Shown here: positions 24,209 through 33,353 of the stretch, piece after piece
Layout of the letters: every line of letters begins with the position of its first letter
Numbering within the stretch: the first letter of the stretch is position 1
DNA from: an uncultured Bacteroidales bacterium
GTDB lineage: Bacteria; Bacteroidota; Bacteroidia; Bacteroidales; WCHB1-69
Direction: 5' to 3'
DNA length: 64,000 nt
Assembly (NCBI GenBank): GCA_946409645.1
Contig: CAMJXE010000008.1
Location: 263 to 64,262, forward strand
Notes under the pieces: generated by a model
What the model was told of the DNA's origin: nothing
What the model saw: only the letters and a program-made list of their open reading frames with translations
The model's database searches: none
Made by a program: the position numbers and the translations under genes

Positions 24209-24990
24209 TTCGCCCGTTCCCAATATTCATCCATTTCTGCTAACGTCATGTCAGTAAGGGATTTACCATCGGCTTTTACCATATTTTCGAGGAGTTGAAA
24301 ACGGGAAATGAACTTACGATTGGTCTTTTCGAGGGCATCTTCAGGATGGACGTTGATAAAACGAGAGTAGTTGATGATAGCGAAAAGCACGTCGCCGAGT
24401 TCTTCTTCGATATGGGTTTGGTCGGGTGTGGGATTGTGCACCTCAGCTTGCAACTCACCGAGTTCCTCCTGCACTTTATCCCAAACCTGCTCTCGGTTAT
24501 CCCAGTCGAAACCCACTCCACTCGCCTTGTCCTGGATGCGGTAAGCCTTGGTGACGGCTGGCATTGCAGAGGGGATGCCACCCAGCACGGAGCGATTCCC
24601 CTCGGTTTTCAGCTTGATCTTCTCCCAATTTTCATGCACCTGATTGGCAGACTCGGCCTTGACTTCTCCATAAATATGAGGATGACGACGTATTAACTTG
24701 TCGCACAGTTGGTTAATCACATCTTTAACCTCAAAGAGATTCTGTTCGGAAGCGATTTTGGAATAAAAGACGATATGCAGCATCAGGTCGCCAAGCTCCT
24801 TGCACATATCTGGATAATCCTTTTCCATAATGGCGTCTGCTAACTCGAAAGTCTCCTCCACAGTGAGGTTGCGCAGCGTATCGAAGGTCTGCTCGCGATC
24901 CCATGGACATTTTTCACGCAGTTCGTCCATGATTTCGAGCAGATGCCGGAACGCGGCGAGCGCATCGGTGTATTTGTCGGGTTGATTCAT
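24184..24990 (-). CDS. mazG: Nucleoside triphosphate pyrophosphohydrolase MazG
   Basis: Two MazG repeats with EETFELADAI and EELGDVLFAI motifs. 268 aa. Confidence 0.9.
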   Translation of the reverse strand: MNQPDKYTDALAAFRHLLEIMDELREKCPWDREQTFDTLRNLTVEETFELADAIMEKDYPDMCKELGDLMLHIVFYSKIASEQNLFEVKDVINQLCDKLIRRHPHIYGEVKAESANQVHENWEKIKLKTEGNRSVLGGIPSAMPAVTKAYRIQDKASGVGFDWDNREQVWDKVQEELGELQAEVHNPTPDQTHIEEELGDVLFAIINYSRFINVHPEDALEKTNRKFISRFQLLENMVKADGKSLTDMTLAEMDEYWERAKEQLAVSS

Positions 24991-25009
24991 ATTAATATGG
25001 CCTTATAAT

Positions 25010-25048
25010 CCCCCTCACCTATCGGCTGGCCCCTCTATGGGGAGGGGG
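25010..25048 (-). terminator. GC-rich structure downstream of proS
   Basis: The GAGGGG(G) arm at 25042-25048 can pair with either CCCCTC at 25030-25035 or CCCCCTC at 25010-25016. No U-run. Confidence 0.35.
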
Positions 25049-25082
25049 GCTTGGGGGTTTTCAGTTAGTGAATCTCTGTTTC

Positions 25083-26558
25083 CTAATATGCTCTCGCAAA
25101 CAACACTCTTTGATGAGAAGGTTTACCCGTCAGGATACACTTACCTTCCTCTTGCGGGTTGTTGAACGGGATACAACGGATGGTCGCCTTGCAGAGATCC
25201 TTGATCTTTTCTTCAGTTTCTGGAGTACCGTCCCAGTGGGCATAAACAAAACCGGGCTTGTTGTCGAGCAAATCGACAAATTCATCCCAAGTGTCGGCTT
25301 TGTATGTATGTTCTTCTCTGAATTTCAGTGCTTTATTGAACAAATTTTGTTGAATTTCGTCCAAAAGATTCTGGATATGCTCCACAAGAGTATCGAAGGA
25401 GACGTTGTATTTCTCCATCGTGTCGCGACGAGCGACCTCAGCCTCGTTGTTTTCCATATCCTTCGGTCCGATGGCCACGCGCACAGGCACACCCTTCAGT
25501 TCGTACTCGTTGAATTTCCAACCAGAACGCTTGGTATCATCATTGTCGAATTTGACGGAAATACCGAGGGATTTCAGCTTCTGAACAAGTGTATCTACCT
25601 TAGCAGCAATCTGTTCACGCTGTTCATCGGTTTTATAAATCGGCACAATAACCACTTGGATGGGAGCCAAAACAGGAGGCAAAACCAAACCATTATCGTC
25701 GGAATGGGTCATGATGAGAGCACCGATGAGTCGGGTGGAGACGCCCCAAGAGGTAGCCCACACATATTCCTGTTCGTTCTTCTGGTTGAGGAACTTCACG
25801 TCGAAAGCCTTCGCAAAGTTCTGTCCAAGGAAATGCGAGGTACCGGCTTGGAGTGCCTTTCCGTCCTGCATGAGGGCTTCGATGCAGTAGGTGTCGAGAG
25901 CTCCACCGAAACGTTCATTCGGTGATTTCACGCCCATGATGACGGGAATAGCCATGTGCTTTTCAGCAAAATCGGCATATACGTGGATCATCTTGTCCGT
26001 TTCTTCGAGAGCTTCCTCGCGGGTAGCGTGAGCCGTGTGACCCTCTTGCCACAAGAACTCAGCAGTACGGAGGAAAAGACGGGTGCGCATCTCCCAACGA
26101 ACCACATTCGCCCATTGGTTGCAGAGTATAGGCAGGTCACGGTATGACTGAATCCAGTTTTTGTAGGTATCCCAAATGATGGTTTCGGAGGTTGGGCGTA
26201 CGATAAGTTCTTCCTCCAGCTTTGCATCAGGATCCACGACGACACCGCCGCCGTTAGGATCATTTTTCAGACGATAGTGGGTGACCACCGCACACTCTTT
26301 TGCGAAACCTTCCACATGACTGGCCTCACGGCTGAAGAAGGATTTCGGAATAAAAATCGGGAAATAAGCATTGGAATGGCCTGTATCTTTAAACATTTGG
26401 TCCAACTGACGCTGCATTTTCTCCCAGATGGCATATCCGTAAGGCTTGATCACCATACATCCGCGCACGGAAGAATTCTCCGCCAAATCCGCTTTTTTCA
26501 CAATGTCATTATACCACTGTGAATAATTTTCTTCTCTTGAACAAAAATTTTTAGCCAT
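25083..26558 (-). CDS. proS: Proline--tRNA ligase (archaeal/Bacteroidetes type)
   Basis: [61 protein letters not shown]. Start at ATG 26558 (MAKNF), 60 nt after a TATTTTTG box; the listed N-terminal extension runs through the promoter. Confidence 0.95.
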   Translation of the reverse strand: MAKNFCSREENYSQWYNDIVKKADLAENSSVRGCMVIKPYGYAIWEKMQRQLDQMFKDTGHSNAYFPIFIPKSFFSREASHVEGFAKECAVVTHYRLKNDPNGGGVVVDPDAKLEEELIVRPTSETIIWDTYKNWIQSYRDLPILCNQWANVVRWEMRTRLFLRTAEFLWQEGHTAHATREEALEETDKMIHVYADFAEKHMAIPVIMGVKSPNERFGGALDTYCIEALMQDGKALQAGTSHFLGQNFAKAFDVKFLNQKNEQEYVWATSWGVSTRLIGALIMTHSDDNGLVLPPVLAPIQVVIVPIYKTDEQREQIAAKVDTLVQKLKSLGISVKFDNDDTKRSGWKFNEYELKGVPVRVAIGPKDMENNEAEVARRDTMEKYNVSFDTLVEHIQNLLDEIQQNLFNKALKFREEHTYKADTWDEFVDLLDNKPGFVYAHWDGTPETEEKIKDLCKATIRCIPFNNPQEEGKCILTGKPSHQRVLFARAY

Positions 26559-26587
26559 AAATTTTTCTGTATATATTAACTTTTTAG

Positions 26588-26595
26588 TACTTTTG
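26588..26595 (+). promoter_or_regulatory. -7 box (TACTTTTG) for the low-complexity lipoprotein operon
   Basis: TTAGTACTTTTGCCG. 57 nt upstream of ATG 26653. Confidence 0.5.
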
Positions 26596-26618
26596 CCGTC
26601 TAATAAAAAATTAAGGTG

Positions 26619-26626
26619 CAAAAATA
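26619..26626 (-). promoter_or_regulatory. -7 box (TATTTTTG) for proS
   Basis: Forward GGTGCAAAAATAAT. 60 nt upstream of ATG 26558. Confidence 0.5.
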
Positions 26627-26652
26627 ATAAAATAAGAGATAAGGAGGACACT

Positions 26653-28275
26653 ATGAAGAAACAAATTTTAATCGTATTAAGCGCAGTAACTTGCTTATTA
26701 GCAGCTTGTTCAACTGCAAACTTCGCCTACTACGATGATATATACACCTCATCTTCGGGCGAAAAGAAGGCTAAAACCGGAACTCCGACCGCAGCCACGG
26801 CAAATGTCAACGCAACGGTGGAGGCCGATTCTATCATCTATGAAACCGATGAAAATGGAAATTTGCTTCGCACGCTGACCTACTATCCGGGAAGCAGCGA
26901 ACCCGTTGTAACCACCTATATGGAAGTTGTGGACAGTAACGGAACGGCCACCTCTGCCGCCATCGGAGGTTCATCTGGAGGTTCCACGTATGATCCCGAC
27001 GACTACTATGACTACAGTTACACTTCCCGTCTCCGTAGATTTCACACTGACGTTTACGTTGGATGGGGTTACTATGACCCTTACTTCACCAACTTGTATT
27101 GGTACGATTACTGTCCCGCCAGCTGGGGCTTGAGCATCTACCTGGGTTACAATTGGTGGTGGCCGGGTTACTACTATCGTCCCTACTACTATGGCCCCTG
27201 CTGGTACAGCTGCGGGTTTAACTACGGTTGGGGCTGGTACAGACCATACTACGATCCTTGGTATCACCCTTACGGCCCCTACGGCCCGCACGGTCCCGCA
27301 CCCATCGACTGGTATCATAACAACCACGACCCGAACCACAGCTACTTCTATGGTCACCGCAACAACATCGGACCCTCAGTGGGTAACGGTGGCGGCAATG
27401 GCGGTCGTGGCGAACGTCCTGACAATGAGGGCTCTAACGGTTCTATAGCAAGTGGTTACGGCAACGGTGCGACTAACAATTACTACTCCACCACGCCGGA
27501 ATCCTTCAACCAACGCTACGAACAAATAGCAGGTACCACTGGTGGAGGCAGCAGCTTCGGCAACAGTTCCAACAGCAGCACCACCCCCACTTCCATATCT
27601 AACAAAATAATCACCGGTGCCCGCACGGAAGCACCCACTAACTTGAAGCCCGCTGACATCAACGCTCAACCTGCTGTTTCTAACACTACGACTACTCCTA
27701 CCAACGTACCCACTGGCACTACAGCTACTCCAGCCAAGCAGACTACAACCACTGTAACATCCGGCAGAACAAACAGTTCCACAACTACTAGTACCACCAC
27801 AAATCGTCCGACCACGGTAACCCGCACCGTCGTGACTCCCTCCAATACGTCCACTCGCCCCGCCAACACCACCCGTCCTGGCACCACGACGACCACACGT
27901 CCCGCAACGACCACGGTGACCAGAACTGTTCCTACAACCACCCGTCCTTCCAATACAACGACGACTCCGCGTACGGAGTCCAGAGAATACTCCACCCCTG
28001 CCGGTACTTCCAGCAGTCGCTCCAACTACAATACACCTGCACGCAGCAGCCGTCCAGCCACCACCGTTCCCTCAAGAGAGAGTCGGTCCAGCCATAGTGC
28101 ACCCGCCAGCAACAGCCGTTCGTCCTACAACTCCTCTCCCAGCAGCCGTTCATCCTATAGCAGCTCATCCAGTAGTCGTCCTTCACACAGCAGCAGTTCA
28201 AGTTTCTCTCGTAGCGGTGGTTCTTACAGTAGCGGTTCACACAGTAGCGGTTCACACGGCGGCGGCAGAAGATAG
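26653..28275 (+). CDS. Low-complexity lipoprotein (Tyr/Trp/Pro/Gly-rich core, Thr-rich and Ser-rich tail)
   Basis: Lipoprotein signal [19 protein letters not shown]. Start at ATG 26653 behind AAGGAGG. Strong compositional domains (see findings). Confidence 0.7.
   Translation: MKKQILIVLSAVTCLLAACSTANFAYYDDIYTSSSGEKKAKTGTPTAATANVNATVEADSIIYETDENGNLLRTLTYYPGSSEPVVTTYMEVVDSNGTATSAAIGGSSGGSTYDPDDYYDYSYTSRLRRFHTDVYVGWGYYDPYFTNLYWYDYCPASWGLSIYLGYNWWWPGYYYRPYYYGPCWYSCGFNYGWGWYRPYYDPWYHPYGPYGPHGPAPIDWYHNNHDPNHSYFYGHRNNIGPSVGNGGGNGGRGERPDNEGSNGSIASGYGNGATNNYYSTTPESFNQRYEQIAGTTGGGSSFGNSSNSSTTPTSISNKIITGARTEAPTNLKPADINAQPAVSNTTTTPTNVPTGTTATPAKQTTTTVTSGRTNSSTTTSTTTNRPTTVTRTVVTPSNTSTRPANTTRPGTTTTTRPATTTVTRTVPTTTRPSNTTTTPRTESREYSTPAGTSSSRSNYNTPARSSRPATTVPSRESRSSHSAPASNSRSSYNSSPSSRSSYSSSSSSRPSHSSSSSFSRSGGSYSSGSHSSGSHGGGRR
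28228..28257 (+). repeat. Perfect in-frame 15-nt tandem duplication (AGTAGCGGTTCACAC x2) inside the lipoprotein gene
   Basis: Encodes [10 protein letters not shown] near the C-terminus. Confidence 0.95.
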
Positions 28276-28393
28276 ACTTGAGAGTAAAAAATAAGATTTA
28301 TAATAAGAAAAAACAAAGGGATATTTGACATATTGTCAGGACTATACGCAAGAGCCCAAAATGACTAAAGTCTTACGCCTTAAGTCTATCGAC

Positions 28394-28435
28394 AGTAAAC
28401 CTTAAACCCTAAACCTTAAACATTAAACCCTAAAC
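28394..28435 (+). repeat. Heptad array (6 units) CTTAAAC / CCTAAAC type
   Basis: AGTAAAC CTTAAAC CCTAAAC CTTAAAC ATTAAAC CCTAAAC, ending 3 nt before ATG 28439. G-poor. Confidence 0.9.
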
Positions 28436-28438
28436 CAA

Positions 28439-29881
28439 ATGAAAAAGATAACCACATTCATCATCGCAATATTGGGCATTATCGGAGTGGCGAACGCACA
28501 AGGTGACTACGAGGCATTCACCTTTTCACAGTCCGACTATTTGGGAACAGCGCGGTTCATGGGAGCTGGTGGCGCTTTTGGAGCCACGGGCGGCGACTTC
28601 TCAGCTCTGAGCACGAACCCAGCTTCCATCGGCCTTTTCAAGCGCAATGAGACTTCATTCACCTTCATGGGTCTTTCTTTTTCCAACACTGATTCCTATT
28701 ACTACGGCAATCACAACAGCACCCGTAATTTCAAGTATATTTTGCCCGAGGCGGGTATCGTCACCGTCCGCAAGATTCATCGTGACAACGAATGGCGCAG
28801 CTGGCAATTCGGCTTCGGATACAACCGCATCATGGACTTCAACAACACGCTGCGCTTCTCCGCCAACACTCACAACACCCTTATGAATCAGGTAATTAAC
28901 CACGTTAACGGTATCAATTACAACAACTTGTCAGGAGACGGATACTTAGCCTGGAACAGTTGGTTAATTGATACTATACCTGGTACCACCAACCAATACT
29001 ACAGTTTCTTCAGTGATGAAGACATTTACCAGAAGGCGGTGGTGACTCGCAAAGGCGCGATCGATGAAATGGTACTCAGCGTGGGCGGCAACTACGGCGA
29101 CAAACTGTTCATCGGCGCTACCGTAGGATTCCCATTCCTCAATTTCACGGAGATCACTACCTATACGGAGGATCCTGTCAACGTTGATGACATTGCCGGC
29201 ATTAACGACTACACACTTTTTACAGAGCAAAGAAATTCGGGCACAGGCGTGAACTTGAAGTTGGGTCTCATTTACCAACCCGCTGAATTTCTGAGACTTG
29301 GAGCATCCTTCCATACTCCAACCTACTACTGGGTCGTCAGGGATAATTTATATCGCGAAATGACTACCCACTATAGCAATGGTAAGTCCAACACCAACTC
29401 TTACACCAACAACAACCGCTTCTCTTTGGTTACACCGCTGAAATTCAACGTCAGCGCCGCATTCCTCATTGCAAAACGTGCCTTCATTGCGGCAGAATAC
29501 GAGTTCCAGAATTACGGAATGGCAAATTTGAATGCAGACAATTACGACTATGTCTTTGAAAACGAGCTCGTTCAAGCGAAATACGGCGTAGCTCACAATA
29601 TCCGCGTAGGTGCCGAAGTGAACATCACCCAAGGCTTTGTCATGCGTGCTGGCTATCGTCTGAAAACCTCTCCATACAAGTCAGCAGACAATAATTACAA
29701 CAACACCACGCAGTTCATATCTGGTGGTATCGGCTTCAGAGGCGAATATATTTTCTGCGACTTGTCATACGCATATCGCTTGAACAAAGACAGTTATTGG
29801 TTGTACGACCCAGTTGGAGAACCGGGCTACTACACCACCAACACACATAATGTCATCCTCACGTTAGGCTGTAAGTTCTAA
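28439..29881 (+). CDS. Outer-membrane beta-barrel protein, FadL/TodX-like family
   Basis: Signal peptide ..GVANAQ. N-terminal ARFMGAGGAFGATGGDFSALSTNPASIG motif as in FadL/PorV-type barrels. Alternating beta-strand pattern and C-terminal Phe. Confidence 0.6.
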   Translation: MKKITTFIIAILGIIGVANAQGDYEAFTFSQSDYLGTARFMGAGGAFGATGGDFSALSTNPASIGLFKRNETSFTFMGLSFSNTDSYYYGNHNSTRNFKYILPEAGIVTVRKIHRDNEWRSWQFGFGYNRIMDFNNTLRFSANTHNTLMNQVINHVNGINYNNLSGDGYLAWNSWLIDTIPGTTNQYYSFFSDEDIYQKAVVTRKGAIDEMVLSVGGNYGDKLFIGATVGFPFLNFTEITTYTEDPVNVDDIAGINDYTLFTEQRNSGTGVNLKLGLIYQPAEFLRLGASFHTPTYYWVVRDNLYREMTTHYSNGKSNTNSYTNNNRFSLVTPLKFNVSAAFLIAKRAFIAAEYEFQNYGMANLNADNYDYVFENELVQAKYGVAHNIRVGAEVNITQGFVMRAGYRLKTSPYKSADNNYNNTTQFISGGIGFRGEYIFCDLSYAYRLNKDSYWLYDPVGEPGYYTTNTHNVILTLGCKF

Positions 29882-29887
29882 CAATTC

Positions 29888-30679
29888 ATGAGAAAAACAC
29901 TCCTTATTCTTATTATTTCAGTCGCCTTGAGCAATATAAATGCCCAAGAGCGACTTTTTTTTACGGAAAAACCATACAAATCGCTTACCACGGATATTCA
30001 GGGAAACCTTTACCTTTTTTCCGGTTCCAGTCTCGACTTTTTCACACCCGATGGAAAGCGTCATCTTAATTATAGCGACCCTTCGTGGGGAAACATCACG
30101 AGCGTGGATGCGGGCATCTCTTCGAAAGTCCTCGTCTATTACCGTGAAAACGGCACTATCACTCTACTGAACAATGAGTTAGCTCCCTTCAGTAGTCCAC
30201 TGAACCTATTCGAAAAGTCGCTGAACACGATAAGTTTGGCGGCCATGGGCAACCCTAACAAGATTGTGTTATACGATGATGCCAACCAAGATCTCATCAT
30301 TACAGACTTGAGCCTTAACATCCTGAGTCGCACACACATCACCTTCCCCGGAGAGTTCCATCCTATTGACATGCAAGTGGTTCCCGAACACCGCATCGCG
30401 TTGCTGGATACTATTCATGGCATCTGTCTCTTCGACTTTTTCGGAACATTCGAGAAGATGATTCCTATACCCAATGTGCAAGCCATGCAATTCATGAAAG
30501 ATCAAATCATTTATCTGAAAGACAAAACCTTATATCGCTACAGAATTCCTACTGAATCTTCCCCAATGTCTATTGAATCCATAGACATCAAAACGACAAA
30601 CATTAAACAATTCCGGTTTTTCCAAGACAAATTATATTACATTGACGACAGCAATCATCCCATGTGGTTCAAACAATAA
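29888..30679 (+). CDS. Secreted hypothetical protein
   Basis: Signal peptide MRKTLLILIISVALSNINAQ. Starts 6 nt after the upstream stop, so likely the same operon. No motif recognised. Confidence 0.55.
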   Translation: MRKTLLILIISVALSNINAQERLFFTEKPYKSLTTDIQGNLYLFSGSSLDFFTPDGKRHLNYSDPSWGNITSVDAGISSKVLVYYRENGTITLLNNELAPFSSPLNLFEKSLNTISLAAMGNPNKIVLYDDANQDLIITDLSLNILSRTHITFPGEFHPIDMQVVPEHRIALLDTIHGICLFDFFGTFEKMIPIPNVQAMQFMKDQIIYLKDKTLYRYRIPTESSPMSIESIDIKTTNIKQFRFFQDKLYYIDDSNHPMWFKQ

Positions 30680-30715
30680 AAAGTAGAGACGCAAAATTTT
30701 GCGTCTCTACTTTTT
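30678..30715. terminator. Perfect 38-nt palindrome; bidirectional terminator between convergent genes
   Basis: AAAAAGTAGAGACGCAAAA|TTTTGCGTCTCTACTTTTT. Confidence 0.8.
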
Positions 30716-30742
30716 TCATAACACGACATTAATTACGAATTA

Positions 30743-31948
30743 TTATTCGTGAGCATACACTGGCAGTGGTTGATCCACCTGTTCGTTCCACGGCAGACCG
30801 TAACCACCGATTTCCTTCATGAACGGATCTGGATCGAACTGTTCAACATTGAAGACACCCGCACCTTGCCACGTGCCAGTGAGAATCATCTTGGCACCTA
30901 ACATGGCAGGAACACCCGTCGTGTAAGATACCGCCTGAGCACCCACTTCCTTGAAACACTCTGCATGATCGCAGTTGTTCCACACATAATAAGTGCGTTC
31001 TTTGCCGTCTTTAACACCCTTGATCTGGCAACCGATGGAGGTTTGTCCGTGGTAACCTTCGCCTAATGAGGAGGGTTCGGGCAGCACTGCCTTCAGGAAC
31101 TGCAACGGCACGATCTCCATACCCTTGTAGAGGATGGGCTTGATGCTGGTCATGCCGACCTCCTGCAGAACGTTCAGCACGGTGAGGTATTTCTGGCCGA
31201 AGGTCATCCAAAAACGGGCTCGCTTAATGGTCGGATAACTCTTCACGAGAGACTCCAGTTCCTCATGATAAAGCAGATAAGACTCACGGTCGCCGATATT
31301 CGGGTATTTCACGGGACGGTGAATCGACATCGGATCGATCTCCACCCACTGACCGTTCTCCCAATACTTGCCGCGTTGGGTAATCTCACGGATGTTGATT
31401 TCGGGGTTAAAGTTGGTGGCAAAAGCCTTGCCATGGTCACCGGCATTGCAATCCACGATATCGAGATAGTGCATTTCGTCGAAGTAATGCTTTGCGGCAT
31501 ACGCCGTGTATATGCTGGTCATTCCAGGGTCGAAACCGCAGCCGAGGAGAGCCATGATGCCAGCCTCTTTGAAGCGATCGTGGTAGGCCCACTGCCAGCT
31601 GTACTCAAACTTCGCCTTGTCGCGCGGCTCGTAGTTGGCGGTGTCCATGTAATTGGTTTTCGTAGCCAAGCAGGCATCCATCAGCGGCAGATCCTGATAC
31701 GGTAACGCCACGTTTATCAGCAAATCAGGTTTATAGCTTTCAAGCAGTCGGATGGTTTCTTCCACATTGTCGGCATCGACCTGAGCGGTTTGGATGCGGT
31801 TGCCGCCGATCTGCGCAGCGATGGCATCGCATTTCGCCTTCGTGCGCGAAGCCAGCATGATTTCAGTAAAAACTTCCGGTACGGAAGCACATTTGTGAGC
31901 CACGACGGAACCAACGCCGCCTGCTCCGATGATGAGTACTTTTGCCAT
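30743..31948 (-). CDS. Saccharopine dehydrogenase family protein (carboxy(nor)spermidine dehydrogenase-like)
   Basis: Rossmann motif KVLIIGAGGVGSVVAHK at the N-terminus and full-length family resemblance. Start at ATG 31948, 45 nt after a TATATTTG box. Confidence 0.85.
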   Translation of the reverse strand: MAKVLIIGAGGVGSVVAHKCASVPEVFTEIMLASRTKAKCDAIAAQIGGNRIQTAQVDADNVEETIRLLESYKPDLLINVALPYQDLPLMDACLATKTNYMDTANYEPRDKAKFEYSWQWAYHDRFKEAGIMALLGCGFDPGMTSIYTAYAAKHYFDEMHYLDIVDCNAGDHGKAFATNFNPEINIREITQRGKYWENGQWVEIDPMSIHRPVKYPNIGDRESYLLYHEELESLVKSYPTIKRARFWMTFGQKYLTVLNVLQEVGMTSIKPILYKGMEIVPLQFLKAVLPEPSSLGEGYHGQTSIGCQIKGVKDGKERTYYVWNNCDHAECFKEVGAQAVSYTTGVPAMLGAKMILTGTWQGAGVFNVEQFDPDPFMKEIGGYGLPWNEQVDQPLPVYAHE

Positions 31949-31993
31949 ATACAATATATTTGTTAAAAAAACATTCCTTTCTGATTCAGACGG

Positions 31994-32001
31994 CAAATAT
32001 A
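31994..32001 (-). promoter_or_regulatory. -7 box (TATATTTG) for the saccharopine dehydrogenase-family gene
   Basis: Forward CGGCAAATATACA followed by T6. 45 nt upstream of ATG 31948. Confidence 0.55.
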
Positions 32002-32064
32002 CATTTTTTAGGCATAAGCCGACAACCAATGCAACAACTCATATCCAACAACCATTAAAAATCG

Positions 32065-32072
32065 TATTTTTG
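32065..32072 (+). promoter_or_regulatory. -7 box (TATTTTTG) for the gldB-like gene
   Basis: ATCGTATTTTTGCCC. 24 nt upstream of ATG 32097. Confidence 0.55.
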
Positions 32073-32096
32073 CCCATTCAAAAAAAAACGAAACGT

Positions 32097-33137
32097 ATGA
32101 GAAAGAACATCTTATCATTCCTGTGTATCTTGCTGATTATCTGCATCGAACTCACTGGATGCAAAAAGAAAGAAAAGCCCGTGGACGTGGCCAAGCCCAA
32201 GCTGACCGAGGAGCAGACTAAAGCAGCCAAGAACATCGAAATCAAGATTTTGCGCTACGAGCAAGATCTGTTCAACATGGATCGAAACAATATGGTAGCC
32301 GGTTTCAAGGCACTGTACGGGAAATACCCAAACAATATCATCGCTCACGGCGCATGGAACAACACCGAAATGATAGAGTCCATCAGAGGGTTCGTCAGCG
32401 ACCCTGTGATTGAGGAAATTTATCGCGATACTGAAAAACAATTCGCTGATTTGTCGGAATTTGAGCAACAAATCAAAAACGGAATGACCCTCTATCTCAC
32501 CCACTTCCCCAACGAAAAAGTGCCCGATTTCTGCACATTAGTATCCGGTATCGATTTTCAGATGCCACAGGTTTTCGGCTATGAAAACACCATTTTCGTC
32601 TGCCTTGACATGTATCTCGGCAAAGATTATAAACACTACGCCCAAGCTGGAATGCCGAAATACATCGCCGCCCGATGCGACAAAAAGTATATGGCCACCG
32701 ACTGCTTCTCCAAAGCTCTGGTTTACAGACATCTGCCCGACAAAACCTTGGTCACGTTGCTCGACAACATGGTGGATGCCGGCAAGAAAATGCTCTTCGC
32801 ACAAATCATGTTCCCGACCGTTCCCGCCCAAGACATTCTCGGTTACAGTAAGGAGCAATACAAATGGGCAACTGCCCACGAATCAGCCGTTTGGCACAAG
32901 CTCATTGAGAAAAACATGGTTTACAACAACTCCGAAGATGTCATCCGTCGTATGATGGATGAAACACCCTTCACTCGCGACTTTGGCAACAACTCACCCG
33001 GTCGTTTGGGTGTCTTTCTTGGTTTCCAAATCGTGCAAAGCTATATGAAAACGCACCCCGGAACAACAATGAAAGACCTTTTGAAGATGACCGACAGCCA
33101 AAAGTTCTTGCGAGAGTCCGGCTATAAACCAAATTAG
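32097..33137 (+). CDS. gldB: Lipoprotein, GldB-like (gliding motility lipoprotein family)
   Basis: Lipobox LTGC. IKILRYEQDLF and overall size resemble GldB; this is recollection only. ATG 32097 lies 24 nt after a TATTTTTG box. Confidence 0.55.
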   Translation: MRKNILSFLCILLIICIELTGCKKKEKPVDVAKPKLTEEQTKAAKNIEIKILRYEQDLFNMDRNNMVAGFKALYGKYPNNIIAHGAWNNTEMIESIRGFVSDPVIEEIYRDTEKQFADLSEFEQQIKNGMTLYLTHFPNEKVPDFCTLVSGIDFQMPQVFGYENTIFVCLDMYLGKDYKHYAQAGMPKYIAARCDKKYMATDCFSKALVYRHLPDKTLVTLLDNMVDAGKKMLFAQIMFPTVPAQDILGYSKEQYKWATAHESAVWHKLIEKNMVYNNSEDVIRRMMDETPFTRDFGNNSPGRLGVFLGFQIVQSYMKTHPGTTMKDLLKMTDSQKFLRESGYKPN

Positions 33138-33191
33138 GACGTATGACGTGTGACGTGAGACGTAAAATACGAATCACAAGTCACAAATCAT
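33134..33191. repeat. Heptad-period array (GTATGAC GTGTGAC GTGAGAC ... GAATCAC AAGTCAC AAATCAT)
   Basis: Read directly. The left end (33140-33149 CGTATGACGT) is the inverted repeat of 33213-33222 (ACGTCATACG). Confidence 0.8.
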
Positions 33192-33321
33192 ATACTATTT
33201 AATGCATTATTTACGTCATACGACGCCCCAAATAATTAACAATCAATATTATATCACCTTATTAACAATTAATGTTTGATAAGTATTTTTAAATCACGAA
33301 TTAATTTTAATAAAACGGTTG

Positions 33322-33329
33322 TATCTTTG
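33322..33329 (+). promoter_or_regulatory. -7 box (TATCTTTG) for ssb
   Basis: GGTTGTATCTTTGCCG. 24 nt upstream of ATG 33354. Confidence 0.55.
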
Positions 33330-33353
33330 CCGTGAACTTTAAAACTAAATATT

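Noticed and set aside
25068-25925. 285-aa plus-strand ORF
   Set aside because: It is antisense to proS, whose identity is unambiguous. It has no motifs.
27666-28025. 119-aa Val-rich minus-strand ORF, plus the other ORFs at 26971-28255
   Set aside because: They are mirror or alternate frames of the ACN-rich (Thr) and AGC/TCN-rich (Ser) parts of the lipoprotein gene.
28394-28435. CCCTAAA units resembling plant-type telomere repeats
   Set aside because: There are only two exact CCCTAAA units within a mixed heptad array, in the middle of a bacterial operon. The resemblance is coincidental.
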